Origin: an uncultured Opitutaceae bacterium
GTDB taxonomy: Bacteria > Verrucomicrobiota > Verrucomicrobiia > Opitutales > Opitutaceae
Assembly: GCA_964477955.1 (NCBI GenBank)
Contig: CAYZGG010000006.1
Location: 16,179-80,178 of the forward strand
Reading direction: 5' to 3'
Length of the DNA stretch: 64,000 nucleotides
Shown in pieces: positions 37,188 through 49,267 of this stretch. The notes below the pieces were generated by a model that worked only from the letters and a program-made list of their open reading frames with translations, made no database searches and was not told the origin of the DNA. A program made the position numbers and the translations under genes. Position 1 is the stretch's first letter. Every line of letters begins with the position of its first letter.

Positions 37188-38549
37188 ATGGCCGCCCAAA
37201 AACACCGCCGCGTCCCGCACGAACAGCGCATCTTTTATTACGCGCTCCTCGCCGGCCTGCCCGCGATGATTGTGGCCGAAGCCTTGATCTGGACCGGCAG
37301 CCTGTCGTCCAACAGCCAATGGACGCTGACGCTCCTGCTCGTCAGCTTCTGGTTCGGTTTTTCCCTCGCTTTGCGCGAGCGCGTCGTGCGCCCGCTCCAG
37401 ACGATGGCCAACCTGCTCACCGCCCTGCGCGAAGGTGACTTCTCCACGCGTGCGCGCGGCGCCAACCGCGACGAACCGCTCGGCGACGTGCTCGCGGAAA
37501 TCAACCTCCTCGGCAGCGTATTGCAGGAACAGCGCCTCGGCGCACTCGAGGCCACCGCCCTCCTCCGCACCGTCATGGAGGAGATCGACGTGGCCATCTT
37601 TGCCTTCGACAGCCACGAGACGCTGCGCCTGGTCAACCGCGCCGGCCAGGAACTCCTCGCCCAACCCGCGGAGCGCATTCTCGGCCGGGCGGCCGGGGAA
37701 CTCGACATGGCCGACTGCCTCACCGGCGACCAGACGCGCGTGCTCAACCGGACCTTCCCCGGGGGCGCGGGCCGCTGGGGCATGCGCCGCACCTCGTTCC
37801 GCGAGGGGGGCCTGCCCCACTCGCTCGTCGTGATCGCCGACCTGAGCCAGCCCCTGCGCGAGGAGGAACTCAAGGCCTGGCAGCGCCTCGTCCGCGTCAT
37901 CGGCCACGAGCTCAACAACTCGCTCGCCCCGATCAAGTCGATCGCGGGCTCGCTCACCACCATCCTGCGCCGCCCGCAAAAGCCCGCCGACTGGGAGGAC
38001 GACCTGCGCGGTGGATTGGAAATCATCGCCACGCGTGCCGAGGGCCTGAACAAGTTCATGCAGTCCTATGCGCAGCTGGCCAAGCTGCCCCCGCCGTCCA
38101 GGCAGCCGGTCGGACTGGCGCCCCTGCTCCGCCGCATCGCCACGCTCGAACATCGCGTGGCCGTCCAGGTCGAGGCCGGCGCCGACGTGGTGGCCCGGAT
38201 CGATGCCGCACAGATCGAGCAGGCCGTGATCAACCTGGTGAAAAACGCCGTGGAGGCGTCGCTCGAGGCCAACGCCGGCCGGAGCCATCCGCCGATCGAG
38301 GCGCCCGGCGGCGTGTGGATCCGCTGGCACCAGACGGCGGGGGCGGTCGACGTGCTCGTCGAGGACGACGGCCCCGGCATCGCGAACGTCCAGAATCTTT
38401 TCGTCCCGTTCTTCACCACCAAGCCCTCCGGCTCGGGCATCGGCCTGGTCCTCTGCCGGCAGATCGCCGAAAACCACGGCGGCAATCTGACCCTCGAGAA
38501 CCGCGACGGCACCCCCGGCTGTCGCGCCCGCCTGCGTCTCCCGTTGTAA
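37188..38549 (+). CDS. Sensor histidine kinase (TM-HAMP-PAS-HK)
   Basis: HELNNSLAPI H-box, NLVKNA, DDGPG, PFFTTK and GSGIGL motifs. Confidence 0.92.
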   Translation: MAAQKHRRVPHEQRIFYYALLAGLPAMIVAEALIWTGSLSSNSQWTLTLLLVSFWFGFSLALRERVVRPLQTMANLLTALREGDFSTRARGANRDEPLGDVLAEINLLGSVLQEQRLGALEATALLRTVMEEIDVAIFAFDSHETLRLVNRAGQELLAQPAERILGRAAGELDMADCLTGDQTRVLNRTFPGGAGRWGMRRTSFREGGLPHSLVVIADLSQPLREEELKAWQRLVRVIGHELNNSLAPIKSIAGSLTTILRRPQKPADWEDDLRGGLEIIATRAEGLNKFMQSYAQLAKLPPPSRQPVGLAPLLRRIATLEHRVAVQVEAGADVVARIDAAQIEQAVINLVKNAVEASLEANAGRSHPPIEAPGGVWIRWHQTAGAVDVLVEDDGPGIANVQNLFVPFFTTKPSGSGIGLVLCRQIAENHGGNLTLENRDGTPGCRARLRLPL

Positions 38550-38683
38550 AGGGAGGCAACCATTTTCTCCTTCCCGCGTGCTCCGTGAGAATCGCCGTCG
38601 GTCATCCGCCGTCCCTCGCCGGAATGCCAGCCAGCTTGTGAAATGGAGCGCTCGAAGCGGCGAAAACCGCAAAAGCTCATTTT

Positions 38684-38849
38684 ATACCAACATCCTTTTG
38701 CATTTGGACTATCGAGTCCGATTTGGCAGGTAGGGCGTGACCGCTGGGCGCGCCGTCAGGATTTTGCTGGCCACCAGAGCGGACGGCCCGGCGGTCCGTC
38801 CCTACCGGCGCTGCTGCGCCAAAGTCCAAATCCTACGGGCGATTGGTAT
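38684..38849. mobile_element. MITE-like element with ATACCAA / TTGGTAT termini enclosing a REP pair
   Basis: 7-nt terminal inverted repeats, internal GTAGGG...CCCTAC pair, right end repeated at 23648-23706. Confidence 0.65.
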
Positions 38850-38966
38850 TACAAATCGACTGTTGTCTCGAAAGGCATTACTCTTCCTCTTTCGAATAGG
38901 CCATTTTGTTTAACGTGGTCTTTTCATGGAACGAATAATTCTGTTGGGAAAAACATAACTTATCCC

Positions 38967-39323
38967 ATGTCAATTCAAAGAGTCGTGCCAGATATAACGT
39001 CCGAGCGGATGGACGAGAGTCGAAAGTTCTACACGGAATTCCTCGGCTTCGACATCGGAATGGACCTGGGCTGGGTCGTCACATTTGTGTCTCCACAAAA
39101 CCCGACGGCGCAGCTTACCGTCATGCAGGCACAACCGCCCGCGCCGGCGCCCGCGGTCTCCATCGAGGTCGCCGACGTCGATTCGGTGCACGCCAAGGCG
39201 GTGGCGCAGGGCATCCAGATAGTTTATCCGCTGACGTCCGAGCCGTGGGGTGTTCGCCGCTTCTTTGCGGTCGATCCAAACGGCATCGTCATCAATGTCC
39301 TCAGTCACGTCAAAAAATCCTAA
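38967..39323 (+). CDS. VOC/glyoxalase family protein
   Basis: FYTEFLGF, SIEVADVD and EPWGVRRFFAVDPNG motifs. Confidence 0.9.
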   Translation: MSIQRVVPDITSERMDESRKFYTEFLGFDIGMDLGWVVTFVSPQNPTAQLTVMQAQPPAPAPAVSIEVADVDSVHAKAVAQGIQIVYPLTSEPWGVRRFFAVDPNGIVINVLSHVKKS

Positions 39324-40158
39324 GCTATTCAGATTTCAAGACGTCAAATCAGGGCAACCTTAACGTGACGTCTTCCTGCCCCAACCCGGTTGCGTGGCGG
39401 CTCCGCAGGGTATGATCCGGGGACATGGGTTACCCTTTCGACGAAAACCAAAAGGGTCAGGTTGCAAATATTATATTATTTCCGATTCGAGGAAGGCTCA
39501 AGACCTCACGCCGCACTCGTGCCAGGCTGCGCTCTCCTCCGCGAGCAAAAGTTGGGCAAAACCGGTTCGGGTTGAGATGTTGACACGGACTTTCGCCCTA
39601 ACGGATCCGACACTGCTTATTCATGTGCTAGAGAGCGAAATCTAAGACCGAATGCGGGGGACCCCGCGGTGGAATTGCTGCCCTAACCACCCGTTGCCAG
39701 TTGGGCGCTTTTCCAGTCCAGGCCACCAAAGTCATTTTTCCCGCCGGCCGACTTGGACTTGGCGAATTCGGTCGCTTGGCCCAACGCGATCAATCCAAGC
39801 CGGAGCGGGCCCCAGCCGAGGATCCGCCCGTCGGCCGGGCCCCGCCCATCCCAAGCCCGTGCGTCGGCCGCGAGCGCGTGATCTTTCACCAATGGGCGTC
39901 CCTCCGAGCGCACAGCCTCGCCCGTGGTTGCACAAGCCCTGTTCCGGCCCGCCGGATTGCGGACCGCAGACGGCCCGTTCAGCATACCCGGGCTGTTGAT
40001 CCGCTAAATCTTCAATCATCGGCGCGCTTCCGCGCGAATCTCCCCGCGAAGTGGAGAGCGCCCCTTTCCCACCGCTCGATTCGCGCCCCGATCAGGCGGG
40101 AGTGGTCAAAAGTTCTCCGCTTGTCTGCCGTCCCCTTGGCCGTCAGGGTCGCGGCTGC

Positions 40159-40926
40159 ATGTCCGACTTTCGCGCCTATGCTCCCGGGGCCGCCGCCGAC
40201 ACCCGTGAAATCCGCCTGGACGCGGCGGAGAGTCACCACCTCGTCGCCGTGAACCGGTGTGCGCGCGGCGACCCGGTGGTGGTGTTCGATGGCCGCGGAC
40301 GGGAGTGGTTCTGCGAATGCGCCGACCCCGCCAGGCACGCGGCTTTGCTGCGCGTGAAGGAATCGCGCCAGGCCGCCGCGCTCCCCTGCGCGATCACGCT
40401 GGCCCAGGCCCTGCCGAAGGGTGCGACCATGGACGAAATCGTCCGTCAGGCCACGGAAATCGGCGCCGCGCGAGTCGTGCCGGTGCTGAGCGAGCGCACG
40501 CAAGTGCACCTCGACGGCGATCGCGCCGGGAAGAAAATCGAGAAATGGCGCACGACCGCCATCGAGGCGGCCAAGCAGTGCGGGAATCCGTGGCTGCCCG
40601 AAATCGCGCCCGTGCAGCAGCTCGCGAACTTCCTGACGGCCACCGGCGACCACGACCTCAAATTCATCGCCAGCCTCCATGCCGGAGCCACTTCGCTGAA
40701 AAGGACCCTCGCCCAGTTTCACGCCAAACACGACCGTTCGCCGCAAAAGGCGCTCTGGCTCATCGGGCCGGAGGGAGATTTCTCGCCGGCGGAGATGACC
40801 GCGGCCGTCATGGCCGGTTTCATTCCGGTCACGCTCGGCCCGCTGGTCCTCCGCTGCGACACCGCCGCCGCCTACGCCCTGAGTGTCCTCAGCCACGAGC
40901 TGGGAAGCGCCAACGCCGGCGTCTAG
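40159..40926 (+). CDS. rsmE: 16S rRNA (uracil1498-N3)-methyltransferase
   Basis: ATEIG, EAAKQC, IGPEGDF and LGPLVLRCDTA motifs. Confidence 0.92.
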   Translation: MSDFRAYAPGAAADTREIRLDAAESHHLVAVNRCARGDPVVVFDGRGREWFCECADPARHAALLRVKESRQAAALPCAITLAQALPKGATMDEIVRQATEIGAARVVPVLSERTQVHLDGDRAGKKIEKWRTTAIEAAKQCGNPWLPEIAPVQQLANFLTATGDHDLKFIASLHAGATSLKRTLAQFHAKHDRSPQKALWLIGPEGDFSPAEMTAAVMAGFIPVTLGPLVLRCDTAAAYALSVLSHELGSANAGV

Positions 40927-40992
40927 ATGACAGGAGCGCTTGCCCCAGCGCTCTCGCGCCAGGGCCATTGCAGGAATGCCCCACCCGGCCGG

Positions 40993-41790
40993 TTAATGAA
41001 AGGATCTGACGGCCTTCCACACCGCCACGCACGAGGCGATCAGCGCGGGCAGCTCGGCGAGCGGGATCTGGCTCTCGGCGTCGGAGATCGCACGGGCCGG
41101 GTCGGGATGCGTTTCGAGAAAAAGTCCGTCGGCGCCGGCGCCCAGGGCGGCGCGCGCGAGGGGCGGCACGAATTCGCGCTTGCCGCCGCTCTTGCCCCCG
41201 GCCGCGCCAGGGAGCTGCACGCTATGGGTCGCGTCGAAAATCGTCGGCGCGCCGAGCGCCTTCATCAGCGCAAAACTACGCATGTCCACCACGAGGTTCT
41301 GGTAGCCGAACGTCGTGCCGCGCTCCGTCTGCCAGATCTCCGCGGCTTTGCCCTGCCTCAATTTGCCCACGACGAATTCCATTTCCTGCGGCGAAAGAAA
41401 CTGGCCCTTCTTCACGTTGACGACGCGGCCGGTCGCGGCCGCAGCCAGCAGCAGGTCGGTCTGCCGGCAGAGGAAAGCCGGGATCTGCAGCACATCGCAC
41501 ACGGCGGCGACGGGCTTGGCCTGGGCACGCTCGTGGATGTCGGTCAGCACGGGAAAACCGTATTCCTTTTTGATCAGCGCCAGCAGCCGGAGCCCTTCCT
41601 TCAATCCCGTGCCACGCCCGCCGAGCGAGGTGCGGTTCGCCTTGTCGAAGGAGCCCTTGAAAACAAGGTTCAGCTCGCGGTGCTTTTTCGCGAGCCGGGT
41701 GAGGACCTCCGCGACCGCCCGGCAAACCTCCTCGTTTTCCAGCGAGCACGGCCCGGCGATCAGGAGAAGTTTGTCGGGATTAAAAATCAC
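40993..41790 (-). CDS. kdsA: KDO 8-phosphate synthase
   Basis: [29 protein letters not shown] and DATHSVQ motifs. Confidence 0.95.
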   Translation of the reverse strand: MIFNPDKLLLIAGPCSLENEEVCRAVAEVLTRLAKKHRELNLVFKGSFDKANRTSLGGRGTGLKEGLRLLALIKKEYGFPVLTDIHERAQAKPVAAVCDVLQIPAFLCRQTDLLLAAAATGRVVNVKKGQFLSPQEMEFVVGKLRQGKAAEIWQTERGTTFGYQNLVVDMRSFALMKALGAPTIFDATHSVQLPGAAGGKSGGKREFVPPLARAALGAGADGLFLETHPDPARAISDAESQIPLAELPALIASCVAVWKAVRSFH

Positions 41791-41800
41791 AGTATTTAAA

Positions 41801-41863
41801 TGTGGAAATCAGGAAAGGAGGAACCAGTTGGGAACAATCTTTCCTGATTTCCTGAGTTCCACA
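41801..41863. repeat. Inverted repeat with 8-nt AGGAAA-type units
   Basis: tgtggaaatcaggaaaggaggaa ... ttcctgatttcctgagttccaca. Confidence 0.7.
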
Positions 41864-41866
41864 TTG

Positions 41867-43941
<2,075 letters not shown>

Positions 43942-43947
43942 ACACCC

Positions 43948-44955
43948 ATGGCTCAACCCGCTTTCGATCTCATCGGCGTCGGCAATCCCATCATGGATCT
44001 GCTCGCCCACGTCAACGACCCCTTCCTCGCCGCGCACGTCGCCGGCGACAAAGGTGGCATGGTGCTCGTCGACGAGGCCGAGATCGCGGCACTGGTCGGC
44101 CAGATCAAAACCCCGGTCGAAGTGACGCCGGGCGGTTCCGCCGCCAACGCCACCCTCGGCGCCACGCGGCTCGGACTCAAAACCACCTACCTGGGAAAAA
44201 TCGGCAACGACGCGACCGCCGCGACCTACCATGCGAATTTCGTCGCCGCCGGCGCAGACGGTTCGCGTTTCAAGCGCGCCGCGGTGGCCAACGGCCGCTG
44301 CCTGTCCCTCGTCACACCCGACGGCCAGCGCACGATGCGCACCCACCTTGGCGCCGCCATGACCCTGCACCCCGACGAAATCTCGCTGCACGATTTCCGG
44401 AACGTCCGCCATGCGCACATCGAGGGCTACCTGATGTTCAACCCGGCCCTCGCGCAGAAAGTGGTGAGCACCGCCCGCGCCGCCGGCTGCACTCTGAGCA
44501 TCGACCTTTCGTCGTTCGAGGTCGTCAACGTCGCCCGCGACTGGATCCTGGCCCAGCTAAAGGAAGGCGTGCAGGTCGTGTTCGCCAACGAGGACGAAAT
44601 CCGCGCGCTCTTCCAAACCGAGGCGGCCTACGAAGATCAGGCCCGGACGCTCGCGGGTTTCGGAGGAATTGCCGCCGTGAAACTTGGCAAGGACGGGGCG
44701 TGGATCGCGCGCGGCCGCGAATTGCACCGCATCGCCCCGGTGCCGGCCGCCTGCGTGATCGACACCACCGGCGCCGGCGACGCGTGGGCCGCGGGATTTC
44801 TTTATGGTTACCTGCGCGGCCAGTCGTTGGCAGCGGCCGGTGCGCTCGGTTCCCTGCTCGGCTGCGAAACCGTGCAACACCTCGGTCCGACCGTCCCCGC
44901 CGTGCACTGGCCGCGACTCCGGTCCCAAGCCGAGTCGCCCGCGCCCACCGTCTGA
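43948..44955 (+). CDS. PfkB-family sugar/adenosine kinase
   Basis: GGSAAN, FANEDE and DTTGAGDAWAAGF motifs. Confidence 0.9.
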   Translation: MAQPAFDLIGVGNPIMDLLAHVNDPFLAAHVAGDKGGMVLVDEAEIAALVGQIKTPVEVTPGGSAANATLGATRLGLKTTYLGKIGNDATAATYHANFVAAGADGSRFKRAAVANGRCLSLVTPDGQRTMRTHLGAAMTLHPDEISLHDFRNVRHAHIEGYLMFNPALAQKVVSTARAAGCTLSIDLSSFEVVNVARDWILAQLKEGVQVVFANEDEIRALFQTEAAYEDQARTLAGFGGIAAVKLGKDGAWIARGRELHRIAPVPAACVIDTTGAGDAWAAGFLYGYLRGQSLAAAGALGSLLGCETVQHLGPTVPAVHWPRLRSQAESPAPTV

Positions 44956-45030
44956 AGCCGGGCAAGACCTCGCTGGTTTATTTCCGGCAGTCCTCTTACG
45001 CCGGGGGTTGGCCTCGGCCTGATTTCCAAA

Positions 45031-45225
45031 TAGGGGAACGGGCTCGCGCGCGACGCGGGTCGACCGCGCGGGCAAGCTCGTTCCCACGAAATGGATTGTC
45101 GTGGCCGGGAATGCCATGGCATTTGCCCTCGAAGATCCTTGCCGGTTGTGGGCGACGTGCCCTCACCCTGCGAGCCATGGCACTGCAAAAACCAAAACCC
45201 GCGGGGTGAGGGCACCCTGCCTACA
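45031..45225. repeat. Two degenerate REP pairs
   Basis: 45031-45100 is related to 17569-17637; 45147-45225 is related to 108-185. Confidence 0.75.
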
Positions 45226-45342
45226 AAGCCTCCACCCGGACGGCCTGTCTTGCAAAGGATTGGTCCCTGGCGCCGGGCGGTCGGAAGCTGGACGCAAATT
45301 TAGGGTCGAACCCCGTGCGATTTCTGCTGTCACTATCCGACC

Positions 45343-45870
45343 ATGCAGCCAAGCGTCGCTCGGCTATCTCACGTCTGTTGCCTGTTGGCGGTGCTGACGG
45401 TCGGCCTGCGCGCGGAACTGTCCGAGAAGATCCGGAAGGAAATTTCCGCGACCCTCCCGAAATTCGATCCGAGGGTCGGGGAGAAAAAAACGCCGGAGTC
45501 CCCGGTCGGCACCCCGGCTTCGCTGGCCGACGACTTGCTGGTGCATCTGCCTGATTTCTTTGTTCGGGAGGGCCGGCTGCCCGGCAACGATCCCGACATG
45601 TGGCTCGGCTCGCGTGAGCGCGCGCAAAAGGCCATGGCGGCGTACCGGGAATCCATGACCAATTTCGAATGGGCACTGAATGGCTGGTACATTCCCCTGT
45701 TCGGGTCCCCGCCCTCCGTCCGGGCCAAGGCCTACTACGACGAACAAAAGCTCCGCGACGAACTGAGTTCCCTGGCGCATGTTGTCACCGGACCCGGCAT
45801 GGAGGGCGATCCGGATTATGCAAAAAAAATGCTCCGTGTCCTCGACCTCGGCCGGCACCCGGAGGATTGA
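45343..45870 (+). CDS. Hypothetical secreted protein
   Basis: Signal peptide (LRA-E); no recognised domain. Confidence 0.65.
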   Translation: MQPSVARLSHVCCLLAVLTVGLRAELSEKIRKEISATLPKFDPRVGEKKTPESPVGTPASLADDLLVHLPDFFVREGRLPGNDPDMWLGSRERAQKAMAAYRESMTNFEWALNGWYIPLFGSPPSVRAKAYYDEQKLRDELSSLAHVVTGPGMEGDPDYAKKMLRVLDLGRHPED

Positions 45871-45880
45871 ACCGTTTCGT

Positions 45881-45960
45881 TGTAGGGCGGGGCCGCCGAA
45901 CCCCGCCGGCACCGTGCGCGATGTAACGTTCGCGGCGGGGTTCGGCGACCCCACCCGACA
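45881..45960. repeat. Inverted REP pair
   Basis: Same family as 9361-9432. Confidence 0.8.
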
Positions 45961-45983
45961 GTTTGCCTTTGCCCGAACCCGGT

Positions 45984-46280
45984 TCACGCGTCCAGCAAAG
46001 CCTGGACGATCTGCTCCCACTCGGTCACCAACGCCACGGCCTCCGGCGGGGCGCGGCCCGCGCGGGCGTACCAGTAACCGGCATTCATCCCGTCGCCCTC
46101 CTTCCGGTGCAGGTACGCATGCACCCAGGCGCCGTTGCGCCCGCTCCCGGGCTGGACCTCGGCGTGCGCGCCGGCCCAGTCGCCCCGGGCATCGAGCCAG
46201 AGCGCGCGCAGGGGCGCGTCGAGCCCCGGCGGCGGTGCCGGATCCCGCGCGAGCGATTGCTGGAATTCCGTAAATGACAT
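45984..46280 (-). CDS. Conserved hypothetical protein
   Basis: ALW..GDW..AH..Q and WVHAYLHRKEGD..NA.YWY pattern. Confidence 0.8.
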   Translation of the reverse strand: MSFTEFQQSLARDPAPPPGLDAPLRALWLDARGDWAGAHAEVQPGSGRNGAWVHAYLHRKEGDGMNAGYWYARAGRAPPEAVALVTEWEQIVQALLDA

Positions 46281-46345
46281 TTGCGCTGCCCCCCGTTCCT
46301 CCCTTTGTTAGAGGACTCATCCGGCCGGTGGCCAATCCCAAATCC

Positions 46346-47338
46346 ATGCTCAGCAGCGAAGCCCTCATCCTTCATGAACTGCTCTCGGCCGACCGCGAGC
46401 CGGTCTCGGGGCAGAAGCTGGCCCGCCTGCTCGGCATTTCCCGCGTGGCGGTCTGGGCGCAATTGCAGAAACTGGAAAAACAAGGCTTCGCTTTCGCAGC
46501 CGTCCGCAGCCGGGGCTACCGCCTCGTCCGGACTCCGGTCGGCGTGCATCCGGCCCTGATCCAGGCCTATCTCGGACGGCGGCGTGGCACCCCGCAACTG
46601 GTCTGCCTTGAACAGGTCGACAGCACCAATTCCGAAGCCGAGCGCCGGCTCGCCGCGGGCGAGACGATGCCGCAGGTGATCGTGGCCCACCACCAAACCA
46701 AGGGTCGCGGGCGCTTGGGCCGCGTCTGGCACAGCCCGTCAAACGGCAACCTCTATTTTTCCTTCGCCTACCGCCCGCAACTCGAACCCTCCCGCCTGCA
46801 AAACTTCACCCTCTGGATGGGCCTGAATATCTGCGAGCTCGTCCGGAACTTCTGCAAGCTCTCCCCCGGATTGAAATGGCCCAACGACCTCCTCGTCGAT
46901 GGCCGCAAGGCCGGGGGCATGCTCACCGAGGCGCGGATCGACGCCGACCAGGTGCGCGAACTGGTCTTCGGCCTGGGCCTGAATGTGAACGGTCGCGCCA
47001 GCGCCCTGCCGACCGACGTGCGCCGCACCGCCATCTCGCTGGCCGAGGCCACCGGCGCCCCGGTCGACCTCAACCGGCTCTCCGCCGCGCTGATCGGACG
47101 CGTGAGCTCCGCCTACGCGCAGTTTGTCGAGGGCTCCTACCACGACAAATACGCCGATCTCTGGCAGCGCTACGACATCCTCCGCGGCCGGTCCGTGACC
47201 GTGATCCAGGGCGCGCGCACCGTGCGCGGCACCGCCATGGGCATCGATGACCAGAGCTCCCTCATCGTGCGGTTGGAATCGGGCCGCACCGAGCGCTTCC
47301 GCGCCGGCGAGGTCACCCTGGCCAAAAACACCGCATGA
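46346..47338 (+). CDS. birA: Biotin--acetyl-CoA-carboxylase ligase with N-terminal HTH
   Basis: SGQKLA..LGISR, DSTN, GRGRLGRVWHSP, KWPND and KAGG motifs. Confidence 0.94.
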   Translation: MLSSEALILHELLSADREPVSGQKLARLLGISRVAVWAQLQKLEKQGFAFAAVRSRGYRLVRTPVGVHPALIQAYLGRRRGTPQLVCLEQVDSTNSEAERRLAAGETMPQVIVAHHQTKGRGRLGRVWHSPSNGNLYFSFAYRPQLEPSRLQNFTLWMGLNICELVRNFCKLSPGLKWPNDLLVDGRKAGGMLTEARIDADQVRELVFGLGLNVNGRASALPTDVRRTAISLAEATGAPVDLNRLSAALIGRVSSAYAQFVEGSYHDKYADLWQRYDILRGRSVTVIQGARTVRGTAMGIDDQSSLIVRLESGRTERFRAGEVTLAKNTA

Positions 47339-47400
47339 CACCAAGCTTGCCCGCGGACCGGATTCCCCGTGTTAATGGCGAGGCCTTTGTGCCCAGCTCC

Positions 47401-48423
47401 ATGGCCGACATTCCCGAAACCACCATCGAAGTCGAACACCTCGTCCGAAACTACGGCTCCTTTACGGCCATCCATGATCTCAGTTTCAGTGTCCGCCGGG
47501 GTGAGATCGTCGGCCTGCTGGGACCGAACGGCGCCGGCAAAAGCACGACGATGCGCATTCTGACCGGCTACCTGCCGGCCTCGTCGGGTTCGGTCAAGAT
47601 CTGCGGCGTGCCCGTCGCCAGCCATCCCGAGCTGACCAAGCACCACATCGGCTACCTGCCGGAGAACAACCCGCTGCCCGAGGACATGCGGGTCTCGGAA
47701 TACCTGTGGTTCCGCGGCCGGCTGAAGGAAATCCCGCGCGCCAAGCTCCGTCAGCGCATCGACGAAGTGCTCGAACTGTGCGATCTGAAACGCAACCGTC
47801 ATCGCGTGCTCGACCGTCTCTCCAAAGGCACGCGGCAGCGCGTCGGCATCGCCGAGGCGATCCTGGCCGAGCCCGCCGTGATCATCATGGACGAACCGAC
47901 CATCGGCCTCGATCCCCACCAGATTCTCATCGTGCGCGACCTGATCGCCAGCCTCCGCGGCCGCATGAGCGTCATCATCTCCTCCCACATCCTGCCCGAG
48001 ATCGAGGTGACCTGCGACCGCGTGCTCATCATCAACTCGGGCCGCATCGTCGCCCAGGGCACGCCCGCCGAACTGCGCCACCAGATTTTCGGCCACACCA
48101 GCTACCGCGTCGAGATCGCCGGCGACAGCGGCGCGCTGCCGGCGCTGCTCCGCGACGTCCACGCCTCCCTCAAACTCAGCTCACTGGGCGAATGCGGGCC
48201 GGATGGCTTCTGCGTGGCGACGCTGACCACGGAAGCCGAGGGCGATCTGGGCGAAAGACTGCTGCAGTTTTTTCCGGCAAACGGCTACCGGATCCGGGCC
48301 ATCAGCCACACCCAGCCCTCGTTGGAGGATGTCTTCCTCGCTGCGACCCGTCGCAGCTGGGACGCCCGTTTGCCCGACAAGGACGGGCCGGCGGAAAACC
48401 GCGCCCCGCTCCCCAAGTTTTGA
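47401..48423 (+). CDS. ABC ATP-binding protein, GldA-like (second copy)
   Basis: GPNGAGKST, LSKG, DEPTIGLDP and SLEDVFL; could start at 47335. Confidence 0.9.
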   Translation: MADIPETTIEVEHLVRNYGSFTAIHDLSFSVRRGEIVGLLGPNGAGKSTTMRILTGYLPASSGSVKICGVPVASHPELTKHHIGYLPENNPLPEDMRVSEYLWFRGRLKEIPRAKLRQRIDEVLELCDLKRNRHRVLDRLSKGTRQRVGIAEAILAEPAVIIMDEPTIGLDPHQILIVRDLIASLRGRMSVIISSHILPEIEVTCDRVLIINSGRIVAQGTPAELRHQIFGHTSYRVEIAGDSGALPALLRDVHASLKLSSLGECGPDGFCVATLTTEAEGDLGERLLQFFPANGYRIRAISHTQPSLEDVFLAATRRSWDARLPDKDGPAENRAPLPKF

Positions 48424-48502
48424 AACCCGCGCGCCCGCCGCGCGTTCGGGTTGAAATTCCGCCCCCCGTCCAACCGCCGCCGCTGACCGCCCTTCCCTCG
48501 CC

Positions 48503-49264
48503 ATGCGTCATTTCTTCACGATTCTCTCCCACGAAATCCGGGCGCTGCTGTTCAACGCGAGCACGTACATCGCTGCGGTGCTCTTCCTGTTGCTCATGGC
48601 CTTCATTTTCACCGGCATTCTCGACTCCTACTCGAAATCCCCCCAGGAGGCGCCACCGGCCGCGGTCTTTTTCCAGCTCTTCTGGATTCCCGTCTGGTTC
48701 ATGGTGCCGCTGCTGACCATGCGGTCGATCGCCGAGGAACGCCGGCTGGGCACGCTGGAAACCCTGCTGACCGCGCCCGTCTCGACCACCGAGGTGGTCC
48801 TCGGCAAATTTTTTGCCGCCTACATTTTCTACATCATGTTGTGGGCTTCGACCCTCGGATTTTATTTCATCCTCCAGCACTATGCCCGCGACCCGCGGCT
48901 GCTCGACCCCGGCCCGCTCGCCGGCGGCTACCTGTTCATCGCGGTGAGCGGACTGCTCTACATCTCGGTCGGGATCTTCGCCAGCTCGCTGACCCGCAGC
49001 CAGGCCGTGGCCGCGATCATCGCCTGCGTCATGTTGATCGGCCTGACCGTCGGGCTGAACTACCTCGCCACCGCCCCCATTCTCAGCGCCGAAACCTTCC
49101 GTCATTTCAAACCCGCCGCCGAATCCCTCCAGGTCTTCCGCCATCTCGACGATTTCACCGCCGGCGTGATCGACACCCGGCAGATCATCTTCTATTTTTC
49201 CGGCGCCACCCTGGCGCTGATCTTCAGCATCCTCGGCGTCGAGGCCAAACTGCTCCAGGGCTGA
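48503..49264 (+). CDS. ABC-2 permease, GldF-like (second copy)
   Basis: MRSIAEERRLGTLETLLTAP motif. Confidence 0.88.
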   Translation: MRHFFTILSHEIRALLFNASTYIAAVLFLLLMAFIFTGILDSYSKSPQEAPPAAVFFQLFWIPVWFMVPLLTMRSIAEERRLGTLETLLTAPVSTTEVVLGKFFAAYIFYIMLWASTLGFYFILQHYARDPRLLDPGPLAGGYLFIAVSGLLYISVGIFASSLTRSQAVAAIIACVMLIGLTVGLNYLATAPILSAETFRHFKPAAESLQVFRHLDDFTAGVIDTRQIIFYFSGATLALIFSILGVEAKLLQG

Positions 49265-49267
49265 CCC

